From contig JANHCV010000005.1 in the NCBI GenBank assembly GCA_025594325.1, forward strand, positions 124,001 through 188,000: 64,000 bases of DNA. The letters are read 5' to 3'. This document shows positions 45,382 through 57,786 of this stretch, piece by piece (within the stretch, counting starts at the first letter, position 1; each line of letters begins with the position of its first letter). The DNA is from Blastocladiella emersonii ATCC 22665. Its lineage: Eukaryota > Fungi > Blastocladiomycota. The translations under genes were made by a program, and so were the position numbers. The notes under the pieces are model-generated. The model ran no database searches and was not told the DNA's origin. It worked only from the letters and a program-made list of their open reading frames with translations.

Positions 45382-48355
45382 TCACGTCAAAGAACCTGCT
45401 ACCGTAGCCTCACCCGCGCCGATCTCGACAAACGCCGACGTCTTGTTGCGCAGCAGCCACCGCCGCTTGGTGACCCGGACCTCGAGGACGGGCACCGCGC
45501 GCACGCGGCACGCCGCGACGTGCACGTACGCGGCCTCGCCGGGCCGCAGCTGCTCGCGCATGCGCCGCATTAGCGCGCCGTGGAGGTCGGCGAGGTCCGC
45601 GGCCACGGCCTCGGGCTGCCTTTCAACAACCCCCGCGAGCGGGTGCCGCGGCCGCCCGTCGACGCCGTACGCGGGCTGGCCGAGGACGCGCAGGTCCGTG
45701 AGCTCGACGAGCGGCTTGCTCGCCTCGAGGTGCTGCTGCGGGAGCCCGGCGTGCGCGCCCGTGTTGGCGAGGACGACCGAGTGGCGCGTCCACACGACGC
45801 GGACGACGAGCGCGACGCGGACCGCGCGGTGCCCGAGACAGACGGCGCACCGGACGCGGCCCGAGTTGGCGCAGGACGCGCACACGTCGACGGCGAGCCC
45901 GCCGCACGCGCCGCACATGGACCCGTCGCGCGAGGTGCCCGTGCCGCGGCACGCCGCGCAGCACCGCAGCCGGTCGGCGCACGCGCCGCACGACATGAGC
46001 CCGCGCACGTTGCACGTGTAGCACGGCATCAGGAGCGCGGTCCCGGGTACCTCGACGCTGACGGCGTGCGCGTTGGTCTGCACGTCCGGCCCGTGCAGCC
46101 GCTCGAGCGGCGGGCAGTGCGCGCGCACGTCGAGCTGCCACGGGTGCGGTGGCGGCGCGCCTCCGCTGGCCGCGGCGTGCGCGGCGAGCTGGTTCGCGAT
46201 GCTCGGGATTGTGGGTGCCGCCGGTCTTGCCGTGGACGCCGACGCCGTGGACCCGAGACTGCTCGAGCTGCCCTTGGAGTGCAGGACCGCGCTCGACCCG
46301 GTGCTGCCCGACATTGAGTCGTCCGAGTCGCCCGCCGCGAGCGACATGAGCGACGCCATGCGGGCGGGCGCGCGGACGACCGAGGCGGACCCGCTCCCAA
46401 TCGAGCTCGACGACGGCGTGTTCTTGCGGAGCGCGCGCGATGAGGAGGTCGAGGTCGAAACACCCGAGTCGCTGCTCCCGCTGCTGCTGCTGCCGCCCGT
46501 GTACGGCTCGGCGATCCACTGGTACGCGCGGCGCTCGTCGAGGACCTCGGCGATGCCCCATACGACGTACGACCCGCGCTTCTCGGCGGTGCGGCGGCCG
46601 CGGACTGACGTGTGCCGCATCAGCGTCGGGAACCGGCGGAGACCTGCCGCGCCTGCGCCAGCGGCAGCTGCGGCAGCCGCAGCACGGGTCGCCGGGTCCG
46701 AGGTGCTGACGGTGGCGCGTTTGTTGCGGTAGACGGACGCGGGCAGGTCGTTGTCGTTGAGGTCGGTGGCCGTCGCGCGGATCGGGCTCGGCGGGACCGC
46801 GGCGGTCGGGTCGGTCGGGTACTCGTCGAGCGCCACGGGCTCGTAGTTCTGCAGGGTCCCGTGTTGGTGATGGTGGTTGCTACGAGGGCGGAGGGTGTGA
46901 GCCTTCTCGAAACGAGGGGACGCGCGATACGCGAGGCGTACCTCGTGTTCGGCGGCGTGTCCGCATCAGAGCGAAGCGCGGCGGCAATCTCGGGGTCAAT
47001 GGCCGTCGAGTCCATGGGGCAGGCCGAGGTGGTCTCTACAAGTGAGGCGAGGTCAGGTTACGGCGGCCGAGGCCCACTCGCTGGCGGAGAGCCGTACCCT
47101 TGAGCAGCGAGGCGCCCTCGTAGCCGGCAAACACGGGCAGCACGGCGCCGACGTCGGCGACCGAAAGGACGGCGAGCTCGTCGAGTACGCCGAGAAGTTT
47201 GCTGAGCGACGGGCGAGTGGACGAGGCCAGCGACGATGGCGAGTCCTCGGATGTCTGCGAGCGACGGGGCGACGAGGGAAGCGATGATGTACGACGTGGG
47301 CGGCGGATCATGACGTGTTAGATCATCGTTCAGGAGGAGCGGGAGAGGTCGGTGGCTCAGTCAAAGGGTGTTGTTGATGGCGGCGACCAGGGCGGCGACC
47401 AGGACAGCGACCACGACCACGACCACGAATGGGCTCGCGACCGAGCACCACTCGCGAGACACGCGCCAGCCGAGTGGACTCAGGGACGCGCGCACGCGAA
47501 AGCACTCGGGTCGAAACAGGAAGGTGTGAGCGGGGCGAAGCGTACCAGAATGTAGTCGCAGCTGCCATCGAGCCACGGCGCGTCGAGCAACGGTCCCGAC
47601 GGCTGCACCGCCTCACGTCCATGCCGCTCACGCGCAGCGACGACAGCGCGGTCGAGCTCCGGGTTCCCCGCGCCGCGCGTGTTACGCTCGCGCGCCCGGC
47701 TCCGGCTACGGCTCCGCGCGTCGCGCGAGCGGTGGCGCGGGTTGCCGGTGCGATTGCTCAGGTTGCTGCTGCCGCTTGCCGTCGAGGTGAAGGTCGACGA
47801 GCGCAGGCGGCCCGATGGCGGTTCGGCGGCGGCGGGGGCAGGCGCGGGTTCAGGCTCGGGCCGAATTTCACGCGCGAGCGCGGACGAGATGGTCGGGCGT
47901 GACGGGGTCCGTGCGCGCGGCGGCGACGGCGACGGCGACGGCGACGGGGTGCTAACGCGCGCGGGCTTGAGCTGCGGCGACGCGATGGAGCCCAGCGGGA
48001 CTTCGTCGTCGTCGTCCTCTTCATCTCGAACAACGGGTCGCGCGGCGAGTGGTGGTGCGGACGCAGACCGCGGGACGGGATCGAGTGGAACGAGCGCGGG
48101 CGGCGGCGGCGGCGGGTACGCGAATCCAGCCGGCAGCGGCGGCGAGGCCGCATCGACACGCGCAGCGGGCGGCAGGGCGCGCGGGAGCGGATCGGTGATC
48201 TCCTTCATGGTGGCGAGCAGTTTCTCGTACTGGTCGAGCGGCGAGGGAGGAGGGGCAGGTGCAGCCGCGGCGGAATCGGTTGACTGCACGGCCGCGCGAG
48301 CCACGTAGACGGGCAGCTGGAGCGCCGGCTGCGGCGAGTGGGTGGTGCCCGGCAT
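45382..48355 (-). CDS. SSUH2-like protein (DnaJ-type CxxCxGxG zinc-finger repeats) with a long disordered N-terminus, multi-exon
   Basis: PHPWQLDV...VEVPGTALLMPCYTCNVRG..CGAC...CAACRGTG...CGACGG...CASCANSGRVRCAVCLG...VVRVVW...VPVLEVRV parallels SSUH2/C3orf32; in-frame joins through introns at ~47552-47254, ~47104-47040 and ~46940-46881. Confidence 0.7.
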
Positions 48356-49062
48356 CGTGTCGTGCTCACGCGCGCGTGCGTGTGGGACGGAGCGGCGAAG
48401 CGGAGGAGGCGGAGCGTTTCGGGCGGGAGAGGAGGAGGAGGCTCAGCGCTGCAGAAAGCGGGCGAGCTGGTGCGGGGAGCGGGCGAGGAATGGAGCGCGC
48501 GCGCGCGCCACATTCGCCGATCGCGATCCGGCACCACTCGGCGGGGCGTGCTGCGCCACGCGCGAGACACGGCGGCCTTGGCGCGGCGCGCCGAGTGGTG
48601 CTCGCATCACGCGCGAGTATGCGGTTGCGGGGCGTGGAAGGACTAAGCCGCACAGCGAGCGATCAGGCAGATCGGCGTTGCTGTATTTCAGTCGCTGCGG
48701 CCGACGGGCGCGAGCGTGGCCGCAGTCGGCCGTGCAGCCCCGACTTTGTGCCCTCACGGATCGGGTCACCCGCGAGGCAAGACCATGCTCGGAAAGCGCG
48801 TTGCATTCACTGACATGGGCAGGAGCGAGTTCGCGAGCGATCCAGGCAGGCGGGCAGAAGCGACGAGCAAAGCCACAGCGCGCGCGCGAAAACCGGCGAG
48901 ACCGTCGGCGGCGTGACCCCAGGTGACGCGAAACCGGAAGATCAAAACGCAACGCAGATCACCTCGCGCGCCGCAATGGATCGTTGACCCCACCCTCCGC
49001 GAGCCCTAGCGCCGTGCCACGAAGCAAACGCATCTATCGCACTCGGTGCAACATCACGGAAA

Positions 49063-50013
49063 ATGTCGACCCGCGCCGCCTCGACGTCGGTCGGCTCGGT
49101 GCTGCGCGCCTCGAAGCTGGCGCGCTTCGACCCGCGGCTGCCGCAGGTCTACACGCACGTCATGGGCGACTGGGGCGCCGTCAAGGCCCCGGTCCCGGCC
49201 AAGCTGCCCGCGCAGCACCTGACGTTCCGCGCCCTCGACTCCAAGTTCCACGTCCCGGACTTCCGCACCGCCGACGCCAAGGTGCAGGCCGTCGCCCGCA
49301 TCACCGAGCAGCTGCCGACCGCCATCCTGCCCGACACCCCGCGCCTCGGCCGCGCCGACGCCACCAACCTCGCCGACCTGTCGGACGCCCAGTTCCGCGC
49401 CTGGCTGCGCACCGTCGGCCCGCGCAACCTGACGGACCCGAAGACGTGGGGCCGCGACCTCAACGTCACCATGGAGCCCGCCAAGATCAACCGCGACGCC
49501 CGCGTCAAGGGCCCCGTCTACACGGCCGTGCGCCACCACGACAGCAACGCGGGCGAGACCGACGCCGCCGGCACCCCGTCCAACTACATGGCCACCCGCA
49601 CCGTCGTGCACGGCCGCGTCCTCAACTCGCACGGCACCGACTCGGCCACCGTCGCCCTGTCCGGCTTCGTCGTCGACTACGAGGGCAACAACTCCAACCT
49701 CAACAAGAAGCTCGTCGAGTTCGAGGTCGACCACGCCACCTGGGACCGCGCCGGCCGCCCCATCATCAAGCTCGCCGAGCGCCTGCACCAGATCAAGGGC
49801 ACGCGCCTCGATGTCGACCGCCGCTTCACGCGCGGCCCTCGCCCCCTGGGCGCGGCTGGCGCGAACCCCCCCGAAGCCTCCGCCGTGCAGGGCCTCCTCG
49901 CCAAGCTCAAGATCAACAACCTCGCGGCCGGCTCAGTCACTCCCACCGCGTACGCTCAGAAGAAGGTGGCGGCAGCAGCTTCCTCCGTGAGCCGTGCCAA
50001 GAGCGAGGAGTAA
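49063..50013 (+). CDS. MRP51: Mitochondrial small-subunit ribosomal protein bS1m (Mrp51)
   Basis: VLRASKLARFDPRLPQVYT...GDWG...LDS...PDF matches the fungal Mrp51 N-terminal signature. Confidence 0.78.
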   Translation: MSTRAASTSVGSVLRASKLARFDPRLPQVYTHVMGDWGAVKAPVPAKLPAQHLTFRALDSKFHVPDFRTADAKVQAVARITEQLPTAILPDTPRLGRADATNLADLSDAQFRAWLRTVGPRNLTDPKTWGRDLNVTMEPAKINRDARVKGPVYTAVRHHDSNAGETDAAGTPSNYMATRTVVHGRVLNSHGTDSATVALSGFVVDYEGNNSNLNKKLVEFEVDHATWDRAGRPIIKLAERLHQIKGTRLDVDRRFTRGPRPLGAAGANPPEASAVQGLLAKLKINNLAAGSVTPTAYAQKKVAAAASSVSRAKSEE

Positions 50014-50140
50014 CTAGCGTCCGCCCCCCACCCCATTGTCCCCGATACTAGTACACTTGTTGATTCTCCGTCGCTGCTACTCCGTCGACCATACTGGGAG
50101 AAAGTAACTAATGAGCTAAGTATACTGATCGCCGCTCCTC

Positions 50141-52166
50141 TCACTGCTGCTGCCGGGCCGACTCGACCGCCGCGGCCGCCTTGGCCTTACCCGCGCCATC
50201 AAGCTGCGCGCGAATGTACGGCGCGCCGAGCAGCTCGAACATATCCTGGAGCTCGTCCAGCGGCACGTTCCGCGTCCCGCGGGCCTTCTGCGGGAAGATG
50301 TCGAACTTGACGAACGCGAGCTCGCGGGCCTGGTCGAACGCGGGGCGCACCGAGACGCTGCGCGCCTCGAGCTCGGCGTCGCCGACGAGCAGGATAAAGT
50401 TATACCCGGCGTCCTGCGCGGCGCGGATCTTGTGCTTGAGCGTGTGCGTCGACAGGTCCACATCGACCGTCAGCGGGGCGTGCGTGGCGTCGAGCGCCGA
50501 CAGCTCGGCGTGCATGGCGCGCGACCACCGCTCGCCGCGCGACGGGATCAGGCGCGTCGCGTCGACGGCGGCGCCCGACAGCAGGTCGCGCACTTTCTGC
50601 GCGTACTCGAGCAGCTGCGGCCGCTTGTGGTGGATCGGGATCACCACGGCGTGCCGCGGGCTCAGCCAGAACGGCCAGTGCCCGCGGTAGTGCTCGGCCA
50701 GGATCGCGAACATGCGCTCGACGGAACCGAGCACCGCGCGGTGGATCATGACCGGCCGGTCGACCGAGTTGTCGGCGTCTACTCGCGCGGGGACGAGGGA
50801 GTGAGTTTCTCAAACCCGTTCCCGCGAAAACGTGAAAACGTACTCTCGTACTCGAGCCCGAACCGCTGCGGGAGCTGGAAATCGAGCTGGACGGTCGCAG
50901 TCTGGTGCGATCGGCCGGCGGCGTCCTGGACGCGCACGTCGATCTTGGGCCCGTAGAAGGCGCCGTCGCCGGGGTTCTCGCGCCACGCGCGGCCGTGCTG
51001 GTCGAGCACGCCGCGCAGCGTGGCCTCGGCCGCGTCCCACTCGGCGACGGACCCGATGAACTTGTCGGGGCGCGTCGACAGGGCAAACTCCCACGAGGTG
51101 AACCCGAACAGCGTGTACACCTCGTCGATCATGCGCAGCGTGGCGGTCATCTCGGCGGCGATCTGGTCGCGGGTGCAGAAAATGTGCGCGTCGTCCTGGT
51201 GGAACCGGCGCACGCGCGTCAGCCCGCTGAGCGCGCCCGAGGCCTCGTTGCTATGCGGACGAGAGGTGTGAGCGAATGCGGCGTGGTTTAACGCGCACGC
51301 GCGCACGCGTACCGGTGGAGCGGACTGAAATCAGCAATGCGGAGGGGCAGGTCCTTGTACGAGTGGCGCGTCGACTTGAACAGCAGGCAGTGGCCGGGGC
51401 AGTTCATGGGCTTGAGGCCGTAGAGCCCGGCCTCGGCGTCGGCGGCGGCCGCCGCAGGCTCTGCGTGGTGCGCGTGGTGCGCGCAGCCCTCGTGGCTCTC
51501 CCACTTGACCGCGGCAGCGTCCTCGGGCGCCTCTACCGCCGCCGCTGGCGCTTCTGCCTTGGCAGGAGCCGGCACCGGTGCGGGGGCTGCGGGCGCAGCC
51601 TGGTCGCCCTGGCCGGGCAGGACGGTGAACATGTCGTCCTTGTAGTTATCCCAGTGGCCCGAGGCCTGCCACAGCGGGCGCTTGTAGAGCAGCGGGGTGA
51701 TGACCTCGCTGAACCCGAAGCGGCGGTACTGGGTGCGCATCAGGTCCATGAGCCGGTACACGATGTGGGTGCCGTGCGGCAGGAAGAAGGCCGAGCCCGG
51801 CGACAGATCGTGGAAGTTGAAGAGCTTCTGCATCTGGCCAATCGACCGGTGGTCGCGCCGCCACGGCTCGTTGCCCGGCTCGGCCTCCTTGGGTTTGGCG
51901 GACGGCTTCGCCTTGGGCTTTGGCGCAGCGGCGGTGGCGGCCGGATCGGCGGGCTTTGCGGCAGCGGCAGGAGAGGAAGCAGCAGCAGAGGCCGCCGTCG
52001 TCGCGTCGCGGTTGACGGCAACATTGGCCTTCTCGAGCGCGCGCGGTGTGGTGTGCGCAAAGGACCGCTGCTGCACCGGCACGGCGGCCACGGCGCGGGC
52101 GGCGGTAGCAGGGACCGACCACGCGCGGGAAACTGCTGCCGCGGGTCGGATGGCGAAGCGATACAT
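50141..52166 (-). CDS. MST1: Mitochondrial threonyl-tRNA synthetase (multi-exon)
   Basis: Presequence; [76 protein letters not shown] and [13 protein letters not shown]. Confidence 0.95.
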
Positions 52167-52423
52167 GGGTACGGGTGTGTGCGAGGGTGCAGGAGGTCAC
52201 GAAGGACTGACGAGAAAATGAGGAGGAGCAGCAGGTCGAGGCGCGGTCGCGTGGCATCAGCTGACGCTCGCCCCGCTCAACAGCCGTCACCGTCGACGGG
52301 TCCGCCGGCGAGCGAGCGCGGGCCCGCACGCACCGCCGCCTGCCGCCGCCGCGCTCGCTGGAATCCCGGCGCACCTTGATCCCCTCGCCGCCCTCACCGC
52401 CTGCCGCCGTCGTCGTCGTCGCC

Positions 52424-52856
52424 ATGTCGTCCATCCTGCGCACCGCCACCCGCCGCACCTACGCCACCGCCGCGCGCTCGTTCATCCCGCCGAACGTCGC
52501 TGCCGCGCCCGCGGCCGGCGCCGCCGACTCGACGGCCGAGCTCGGCGCCGAGCTCAAGCCCATCGTGTCGCTGTACCGCAACCTGCCCAAGGGCAACGCC
52601 GCGCAGGACCCGTCCAAGCTCACCGAGGGCTTCTTCGTCAACTACCGCAACAAGCACTTCCAGAACGGCAAGGAGACGGGCGCGCCCCTCGCCCACGTCA
52701 TCCTGCTCGTCTTCGGCATCGGCTACACCATGGCCTACCACTCGCACCTGTGTACGCTTTTCCTGGCGCGGATTCGGCTGGTTCGCGCGCGCGTGATGCT
52801 GACCCGTTGCCGTGTCCCCATCTGTAGCGCACCACAAGAACAAGGCGCACCACTAA
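52424..52856 (+). CDS. ATP17: Mitochondrial ATP synthase subunit f
   Basis: FIPPNVA...VSLYRNLPKG...YRNKHF...TGAPLAHVILLVFGIGYTMAYHSHL|HHKN; TAA at 52854-52856. Confidence 0.9.
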
Positions 52857-53851
52857 GCGTGCCCGCCTCGTCGCTCGCCCGGCCGCGCGTGCGTGCGTGT
52901 CGCTGACGGCGATGCTGCCGCCGCTGCCCCTCGCTGCCGGCCGTCGCCGCTGTCGCACCCGCGCACCCTCACATATCTCTCTCCCTCTCCTCTCTCGTCT
53001 TGCCATCACCCCCCCTCACCGCGTTTGAAACATGACCCTGTTTATCGATCCTCCCGCATCGCATCGCGTCGTCTCGCAGTGTGTTGTTCTCGGCGCATCC
53101 TGAGGGGTGCCCATCATCCTCGCGCGCGTGTGCGCGGCACGCGACGCCGACCGCCATCGCGTCCCGCGTCGCCGCCCTTCCTCTTCACCACCACCTTCGC
53201 TTTTGGGAACTCGTAAAAACATGATTCAGCAGTGTCGTCGTCGTCGCACGAGTGCTCGTTGTCTTGCTGGCGCGTTCCGCGGCCGAGATCACGCCGCGAT
53301 CAGCGACGCTGGCAAACAGCTACCAGATGCACCGCCGCCCGGGGAGAACGGACGCGCCGTGCAAAGCCACGATGAAGGGGCCTGTGAGGAAGCGAGGCGA
53401 GTCGCTGGTCGCTGGTCGCCGCCGCCGTTCGTCTCAGTCGGGGAGGCGTAAGCGCTGGATCGGCGTGGCTTGTCGCTACCGTCGGCTCCTCGAGGTTCCC
53501 TCCCTCTCTCCTCCCCTCCCTTTCGTCAGCACCAGACTACGCTACGCTAGAGCCCGCAGACTCGCGGCGCGCACCACGTAACTGCTACGCATCAACACCC
53601 ACGCAGCTCCGACGGAACGGCTGTGCCTGACAGACTCTTGCGAGTGCCCGACAACCACCGCACGGCTGACGAGGAACCGCTCTCGCTGGCGAGACTTCTT
53701 GCTTCTGTGCTCTTCTGCTCTGCGACATCGACTGGTGCTGCGCTGCTCTCCACTGCGCCACACCGACCTTCCCCATCGCCCACCGGGTCCACCGATTCCA
53801 GCGACCCGAACCGACTCGGCCGACCCCTCATCCATCCCTCGCAATCCCCGC

Positions 53852-54992
53852 ATGCTCGGACGTAAAGGCGGCGAGCGGCCCTCCCTGCGCGTCGTGGTGA
53901 ACACGGCGCCCGCGGCGCCGGCAGCGCCCGTGACGGCGCACGGGCCGGGGACCGCGCTGGCGGCGGTGGCGACGACGGCGGCGTTCGGCGAGCTGCGCCG
54001 GGCCGACCTGGAAGAGGGCGAGAAGCTGGGCGAGGGCGCGTCGGGCGCCGTCGTCAAGTGCGTGCACCGGCCGACGGGCCTGACGCTGGCGCGCAAGACG
54101 GTGGCGCTGGACCCGAGCTCGACGCCGGCCGTGATCCGCGAGCTGACGCTGATGCACGCGTTCGAGAGCAAGTACATTGTCAAGTACTACGGGTGCTACA
54201 CGGACGACGACGACCCGCGCTCGCTGTGCATCTGCATGGAGTACTGCGACCTCGGGTCGCTCGACCACATCTACCGCCGCGTGTACGCCGCCGGCGGGTA
54301 CTTCACGGAAGACCTGCTCGGCACCATCTGCGTGGCCGTCCTGCGCGCCCTGCGGTACCTGCACACGCAGCACCGCGTGATCCACCGCGACATCAAGCCG
54401 TCCAATATCCTGGTCACGACCGCGGGTGACATCAAGCTGTGCGATTTCGGCGTTTCGGGCCTGCTCGTCGAGTCCATGGCCAACACGTTCGTCGGGACCT
54501 CCTTCTACATGTCGCCCGAGCGCATCCAGGGCAACCCATACACCGTGAAAAGCGATATTTGGTCGCTCGGCATCACGCTGCTCGAACTCGCCCTCGGCGC
54601 GTTCCCGTACCCGTTCGACGTGTCGACGTCCGCCACGGTCGTCGCCGAAGGGTGCGGGACGTGCGACAAGCCGCAGCACCTGCCCATCTTCGAGATCCTC
54701 GACTACATCATCAAGGAGCCCGCGCCGTCCATCCCGCGCGAGCTCATCCACTCGCCCGCCAACCCGAACGGATATTTGAGCGACGGGTTCCGCGATTTCA
54801 TCACGCGCTGGTACGCTCGTGTCGCTTCTTCCCGTTGCTGGACATCCTGCTTACCCTCCCCGCGCCGAGTGTAGTCTCGTCAAGGACCCGGCAGCACGGC
54901 CATCGCCCGAGATGATCATGCAGCACGGCTTCGTGCGGTACTGGGAGTCCAAGTTTGTCAACACGGCCGAGTGGGCCGCCATGCTGCGCTAG
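53852..54992 (+). CDS. MAP kinase kinase (Ste7/Mkk1 class)
   Basis: LGEGASGAV, LARK, HRDIKPSNILV, KLCDFGVSG and activation loop SMANTFVGTSFYMSPERIQG; N-terminal docking-like RPSLRVVV; intron ~54811-54873. Confidence 0.93.
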
Positions 54993-55060
54993 TAGACCCT
55001 CGCCTCGCTTCACCTTCATCCCTCACCTGTAATACATGCACACTACTTACTACTTACTTC

Positions 55061-55595
55061 TTACGCCATATCCATTGTCCGAATCAGCGCCTCGTTCTCA
55101 GCCGCAATCTTATCCACGACGCTCGCCGCACCGGACCCCTGGCTCTGCAACCGGTGCAGCGCGACGGCGAGCCGCGCGCGGTCGTGCTTGAGCGCGGCGA
55201 TCTGCGACTTGCGGATGGTCCCGCTGCAGTTGAGGACGAGCAGCCGGCACTTGTGCGCGCCGCCCAAGCCGGTAATGAGCGACAGCGCGCCCCACAGCGT
55301 CCGGTAGTAGTCGCGGCCGACACGAGCGACGCCGATGCCCGTGAAGCTGCTAAAGTAGCGGACTGGAGGGGAAATTTGTGAGTGAGAGAGGGGCCGAGGT
55401 GCTGGAGCGAGCAGCGACAGGAAGTGTACCGGAGAAGTTGGACAGGACCAGCCCGAGCCCGTGCGGGCCGAAATGGATCTCGACGGCGGCGCGGATCCGG
55501 CGCTCGAAGTCCTCCTGCGTCACAGACGTGTCGACGGTATTGTCCTGCCCGTAGTCGAGCGAGAAGACGAGGTACCGGTACTTGTAGCGGACCAT
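55061..55595 (-). CDS. POP5: RNase P/MRP subunit Pop5
   Basis: MVRYKYRYL...HFGPHGLG | VRYFSSFTGIGVARVGRDYYRTLWGALSLI...VLNCSGTIRK. Confidence 0.9.
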
Positions 55596-55878
55596 GACAC
55601 TGGATTCTGGGAGACACGCGGGTCAGCGGCACGTTGCATCTACTCGTTACATGGTCATGGCAAGGCATACATGGCAAATTGATGGGCTCGAGGGAGAAGA
55701 AGGGGAGGAGCAGGTCGCGGCAACCATCACGTGTGCGCGACACGGCGAGCGGGCCCGACGACGGCGAACCGTGCGGCGATCCTCCTCCCGTGCTTCGCGT
55801 CGTGTTGCATGTATTCCGTCCCGAGCGCCGATATCGCGTTCCGAGTTGCTGCACTGATCCAACACCAAGCTCGACACC

Positions 55879-56492
55879 ATGAAGCTCGTCCGGTGAGTCT
55901 GTCTGCCGGTCTCCCACGACAAGACGCGCGCGGAGAGCAGAACGCTGACCGGCCGCACTGGTGCCCCGTGTGTCCACCTCGCCTCCGCCGAGTGTAGATT
56001 CTTGATGAAGCTCAGCAATGAGACGGTGACGATTGAGCTCAAGAACGGGACCGTGGTGCACGGCACCATCACCGGTGCGTTGTCCGCGTTCCCACGGAAC
56101 ACTCGGTTCCCGCGCTTGCTGACCGCGTCGGCGGTATGCGTGTAGGCGTCGACATGACCATGAACACGCACCTCAAGACGGTCAAGATGACGGTCAAGGA
56201 CCGCGACCCGATCTCGCTCGACCGGCTGGCGGTGCGCGGCAACACGATCCGGTACTACATCCTGCCCGACTCGCTGCCGCTCGACACGCTGCTCATCGAC
56301 GATACGCCCAAGTCCAAGTCCAAGAAGCCCCCAGGCCGTACGTCCCTTCACAATTCATTTCCCGCCCGCTTCGCTCACCTCATTCGTGCGCTCTATGTAG
56401 TCACGCCTCCCGGCGGCCGCGGTCGCGGGCGGGGACGCGGGCGCGGCGGGATGCGCGGGGGTCGCGGCGGCGGTCGTGGCCGCGGCCGCTAA
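55879..56492 (+). CDS. SMD1: Small nuclear ribonucleoprotein Sm D1 (4 exons)
   Basis: MKLVR|[25 protein letters not shown]|[11 protein letters not shown]...[22 protein letters not shown] plus an RG tail. Confidence 0.97.
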
Positions 56493-56569
56493 GCTGCAGT
56501 CGGCTCGTGCGCTCCCAAGGAGCCAAAGCTGTCCATGTAATTTGAAATTGGTTTTGATTGACGGTCTGT

Positions 56570-57530
56570 CTAGTGTCGCCGGTACGTTCCCGCAGTCGCG
56601 CTCGACGCGGGAACGAAGCTGAGCGTCCTTGGTCCCGCGGAAGCTGCGGCCGCGGCCTCTTGCTGTCGCCGCTGCTGTGCGCGCGCGGTGATCTCGGTCT
56701 GCTGCTTGGCTAGGAATCGAGGTGTTAGTCGATGTTTCCCCTGCGAACACAGATCAAGACGCACCCAGGAGATCAGGCAACGGCACCACCCCCTTCTCGC
56801 CAACGCGGTTGCTCAGCGCGGGCCCGAGCCCTGTGCCGTACTCGTCGAGCCCCAAAAACTCGACCATGGACCGGTACAGCGCCGGGTTCCCGAAATCGCG
56901 CGCGCCCACGACCGCGTCGTTGAAGTGGATCCCCTTGGCCTTGAGCCGCGCCCACTCGGCCACTTTGGCGGCCAGCGCCGGGTCCGGGTCCCCCTTTGGC
57001 GCGGGCGGCAACGTCACGGACGAGGCGGGGACGAGCAGCGACGAGGAGGGGACTGGGATCGACGGCAGTGCGTGGATCCACGGTGCTGCTGCCGCGGCGG
57101 GCTCTGGTGGTGCGGGCTCGGGCGCAGAGGGCCGCGCGGCGGCGAGGTGCGCCGCGACAAAGTCGGCGTACGTGTACATGTCCGACACGTTGGCCACGGG
57201 AGCGGGGATCCGCCATGTCGATGGGTCGAGGGCGAGCGGCGCAAAGGGCAGAAGCGGGATCTCGTCATCGTCCTCGTCGTCCTCATCGTCGACCTGCGCG
57301 GGCAGCGCAGGGCCGTACGCCGGCGCAGCCTCGTCAACGCCATCCTCAACGTCGGGCACGTCCTCGACCGACGCCTCGGGCACGACTGCCACCGGTCCTG
57401 CCGGCGCCGCAGGAGTCGCAGGAGCAGCGGCCCGCGGCGGCAGCGGCGGCGGCGGCGCGGCCACCTCCAGCTCGCTCTCGCTGTCGTCGTCCGAGTAGGC
57501 GACGAGGCCGAGCCGTTTGGCTGCTGACAT
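56570..57530 (-). CDS. SAP30-binding protein / HCNGP-like protein
   Basis: LGLVAYSDDDSE N-terminus; DPALAAKVAEW...GIHFND...DFGNPALYRSMVEFLGLDEYGT. Confidence 0.87.
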
Positions 57531-57786
57531 GGTGTTGATGCGTTGCAGGGACTGAGTCGTGAGGGTGCCGGCGGGGAGCGGGGCGGCAGCGGAGGCGGAA
57601 GCGGCCCGGAAGCGAGCGGCGCGGGGCATCGATCACGTTGAGCGCTCCGACGCGTCAGCCGGATTCAGGATTCAACTCGCCCGCCGCCCGCCGCGCTTCC
57701 GCTCTCCCCACGTCAAATGCAACGAATGTATATTTAGCTTGCATGTATCAGCGCCCCCGCTACTAGCTTCAAAGAATCAGCAAACC

